A stretch of DNA of 64,000 bases from Candidatus Velthaea sp. Lineage in GTDB: Bacteria; Vulcanimicrobiota; Vulcanimicrobiia; Vulcanimicrobiales; Vulcanimicrobiaceae. The notes beneath the pieces are model-generated. The model searched no databases. It saw only the letters and a program-made list of their open reading frames with translations, and was not told the DNA's origin. The translations under genes were made by a program, and so were the position numbers. Where the stretch lies: NCBI GenBank assembly GCA_050012475.1, contig JBEKHC010000002.1, forward strand, positions 44,981-108,980. The letters run 5' to 3'. This document shows, piece by piece, positions 62,302 through 64,000 of this stretch; the stretch's first letter is position 1; the number at the start of each line of letters is the position of its first letter.

Positions 62302-63674
62302 ACGCGGATTGGCGCGATCTCGCGCTTGCGCCAGACGAACAAGTAGTACGAGGTCTGGCATACCAAAGCGCTGACGAACGCCGCGGGATATGCCAGCCAG
62401 ACGCCGGTTAGCCCAAGGCTCGTATGCTGTGAGAGAACGTATGCGAGCGGAACTTCGACCGCCCAGATCGAGAAGATCGAGATCAAGGTCGGCCACAACA
62501 CGGTTCCGCTCGAGCGCATCACGCCCGAGAGCACGCTGTTATTGCCGAAGATCACGTAGCTCCACAGCGTCAGCATGAGGAGTTCGTGCGCGATCGCGAG
62601 CGCTTGCGCGTCTCGAACGAAAGCGCCCAGCAGCGCGTAGTCGAAGGTATAGGCGATCGCGATGAGCACGCCGCCGATGATGTAGTTGAGGACGACTGCC
62701 GAGCGGACGATCTTGGCCAGCCGGTCGTAGCGCTGTGCCCCGATGGACTGAGCGCCGAAGATCGATGCGGAGATGCCAATGCTCAGGGCGGGAAACTGAA
62801 CGTAGCTGACGATTTGGTTGACGGCGCCGTAGGCTGCCGTTGCGGTCGAACCAAAATGATTGACGAACGAAATCACCGCGATCTCCGACAACGAGGCCAT
62901 CACGAACTGGATGCCGGTCGGCAAGCCGATGCGCATCAACGCCAGCAGGATCGCGGGCGTAATCCGCAACTGCCGCAGCATTGCACGGTCGAACGCAAGC
63001 GGGCTTTTCCGAGCGGAGAGCACGACGAGTAAACCGGCAAGACCGATGAGGGTCGCAAGCATCGATGCGACCGCCGCACTGGCGACGCCGAACTGCGGCA
63101 GCCCAAGCCACCCGCGGATGAACGCGGGCGTCAGCACGACGCTCAGCAGCGTGCTCAGAATGAGAAAATAAAACGGCGTCCGCGAATCGCCCGTCCCGCG
63201 CACGAACGTCGTATAGCCGAGATATACGTAAAAGATCGGCAGGGTGAAGAACACGATCTTGGCATACGTGAGCGTGAGGGGAAAGATATCGGCGGGCGTT
63301 CCGGTGAGCCGCAAGATCGGCTCGGTGAAGAACCCGCCCGCAATCCCGACGGCGACGCCCAGGACGACTGCGACGCTCAACGTGGTGCCGGCAACGGCGC
63401 GCACGCGGTCCTGATTTCCGGCGCCGTGCGCTTGCCCGATGAGCACGCTGCTTCCGCTCGAGACCCCAATGAAGAACGAGACCAGAAAGAATTGCAGCGG
63501 AAAGAACGCCGAGACGGCGGCCAGCGCCTTGATGCCGATGAGCTGACCGAGGTAAATGCTGTTGAAGGTCGCCGATGCCGATTGCAGCACGTTGCTGAGC
63601 ATCAGCGGGATCAAGAAAACGAGCAGTGCGCGCCAGATCGGGATGCGGTCGTCGAGTATAGCTGGGCGTCGCAC
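62298..63674 (-). CDS. MATE-family efflux transporter
   Basis: PLMLSNVLQ, RGTGDSRTPF, IGLPTGIQ, AAYG and about 12 TMs. GTG start inferred. Confidence 0.93.
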   Translation of the reverse strand: MRRPAILDDRIPIWRALLVFLIPLMLSNVLQSASATFNSIYLGQLIGIKALAAVSAFFPLQFFLVSFFIGVSSGSSVLIGQAHGAGNQDRVRAVAGTTLSVAVVLGVAVGIAGGFFTEPILRLTGTPADIFPLTLTYAKIVFFTLPIFYVYLGYTTFVRGTGDSRTPFYFLILSTLLSVVLTPAFIRGWLGLPQFGVASAAVASMLATLIGLAGLLVVLSARKSPLAFDRAMLRQLRITPAILLALMRIGLPTGIQFVMASLSEIAVISFVNHFGSTATAAYGAVNQIVSYVQFPALSIGISASIFGAQSIGAQRYDRLAKIVRSAVVLNYIIGGVLIAIAYTFDYALLGAFVRDAQALAIAHELLMLTLWSYVIFGNNSVLSGVMRSSGTVLWPTLISIFSIWAVEVPLAYVLSQHTSLGLTGVWLAYPAAFVSALVCQTSYYLFVWRKREIAPIRV

Positions 63675-63780
63675 GAATGCCTCGTTCCCACCGCATCGAG
63701 AGCGTCCTCGTGCGCCGCTGCCCGACGGTGCAGCGGTGTGGGAGGGCACCGGCGCAAAAGCGAAGGGAAGGATTACGCGC

Positions 63781-63853
63781 GGGCGATTAGCTCAGCTGGG
63801 AGAGCAGGTCCTTTACACGGACAAGGTCGGCGGTTCGAGCCCGTCATCGCCCA
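63781..63853 (+). tRNA. tRNA-Val(TAC)
   Basis: GGGCGAT/ATCGCCC acceptor stem, loop TTTACAC and TTCGAGC. CCA is not encoded. Confidence 0.95.
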
Positions 63854-64000
63854 CGATTCCGCTGGTATATCACTTTAATGGCCAGATTCGTGCGAAATCC
63901 AATTAATGGTGGAACCGCGCGAGCCAATCCCGGTATTATCCACCAACGGCCGACGGGCCTATCTCGCGCTGGTGCGCATAGGGTCAGGCCGTCGGTCAGT

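Overview
This is a high-GC bacterial chromosomal window. The gene mix loosely suggests an acid-soil lineage such as Eremiobacterota, but that is inference only. Positions ~1-31.7 kb are mostly core or housekeeping genes: APC permease, LuxR-ATPase regulator, RND pair, ligA, a cystathionine gamma-synthase/lyase, MazEF, nnr, acpS, archaemetzincin, a chemoreceptor, hydantoinase/oxoprolinase A/B, fabH, birA, ndk, eno and an S53 peptidase. Positions 31.8-36.5 kb hold a nitrate-assimilation operon eroded by several internal deletions, with an unusually ordered NirA+NADH-oxidoreductase fusion. Two tRNAs follow, then an accessory-looking stretch with hydrolases, a methyltransferase, a HEPN-like protein, a permease-GGDEF-EAL fusion, a DUF11-like repeat protein, GH130, ispH, cytochrome c and a SpoIIE-HATPase-hemerythrin sensor. 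The window ends with a marC-cidA-lrgB-fbp-prk Calvin-cycle-related cluster, a MATE pump and tRNA-Val. Best leads: (1) a CbbF-like FBPase with acidic substitutions concentrated in its active site, directly upstream of an intact PRK and next to an LrgAB pair; (2) a membrane-anchored chimeric Aer2-type receptor; (3) transporter- and hemerythrin-fused signalling proteins. I saw no CRISPR array, rRNA, integrase or transposase. All homology calls are from recognising motifs by eye, not from database searches.
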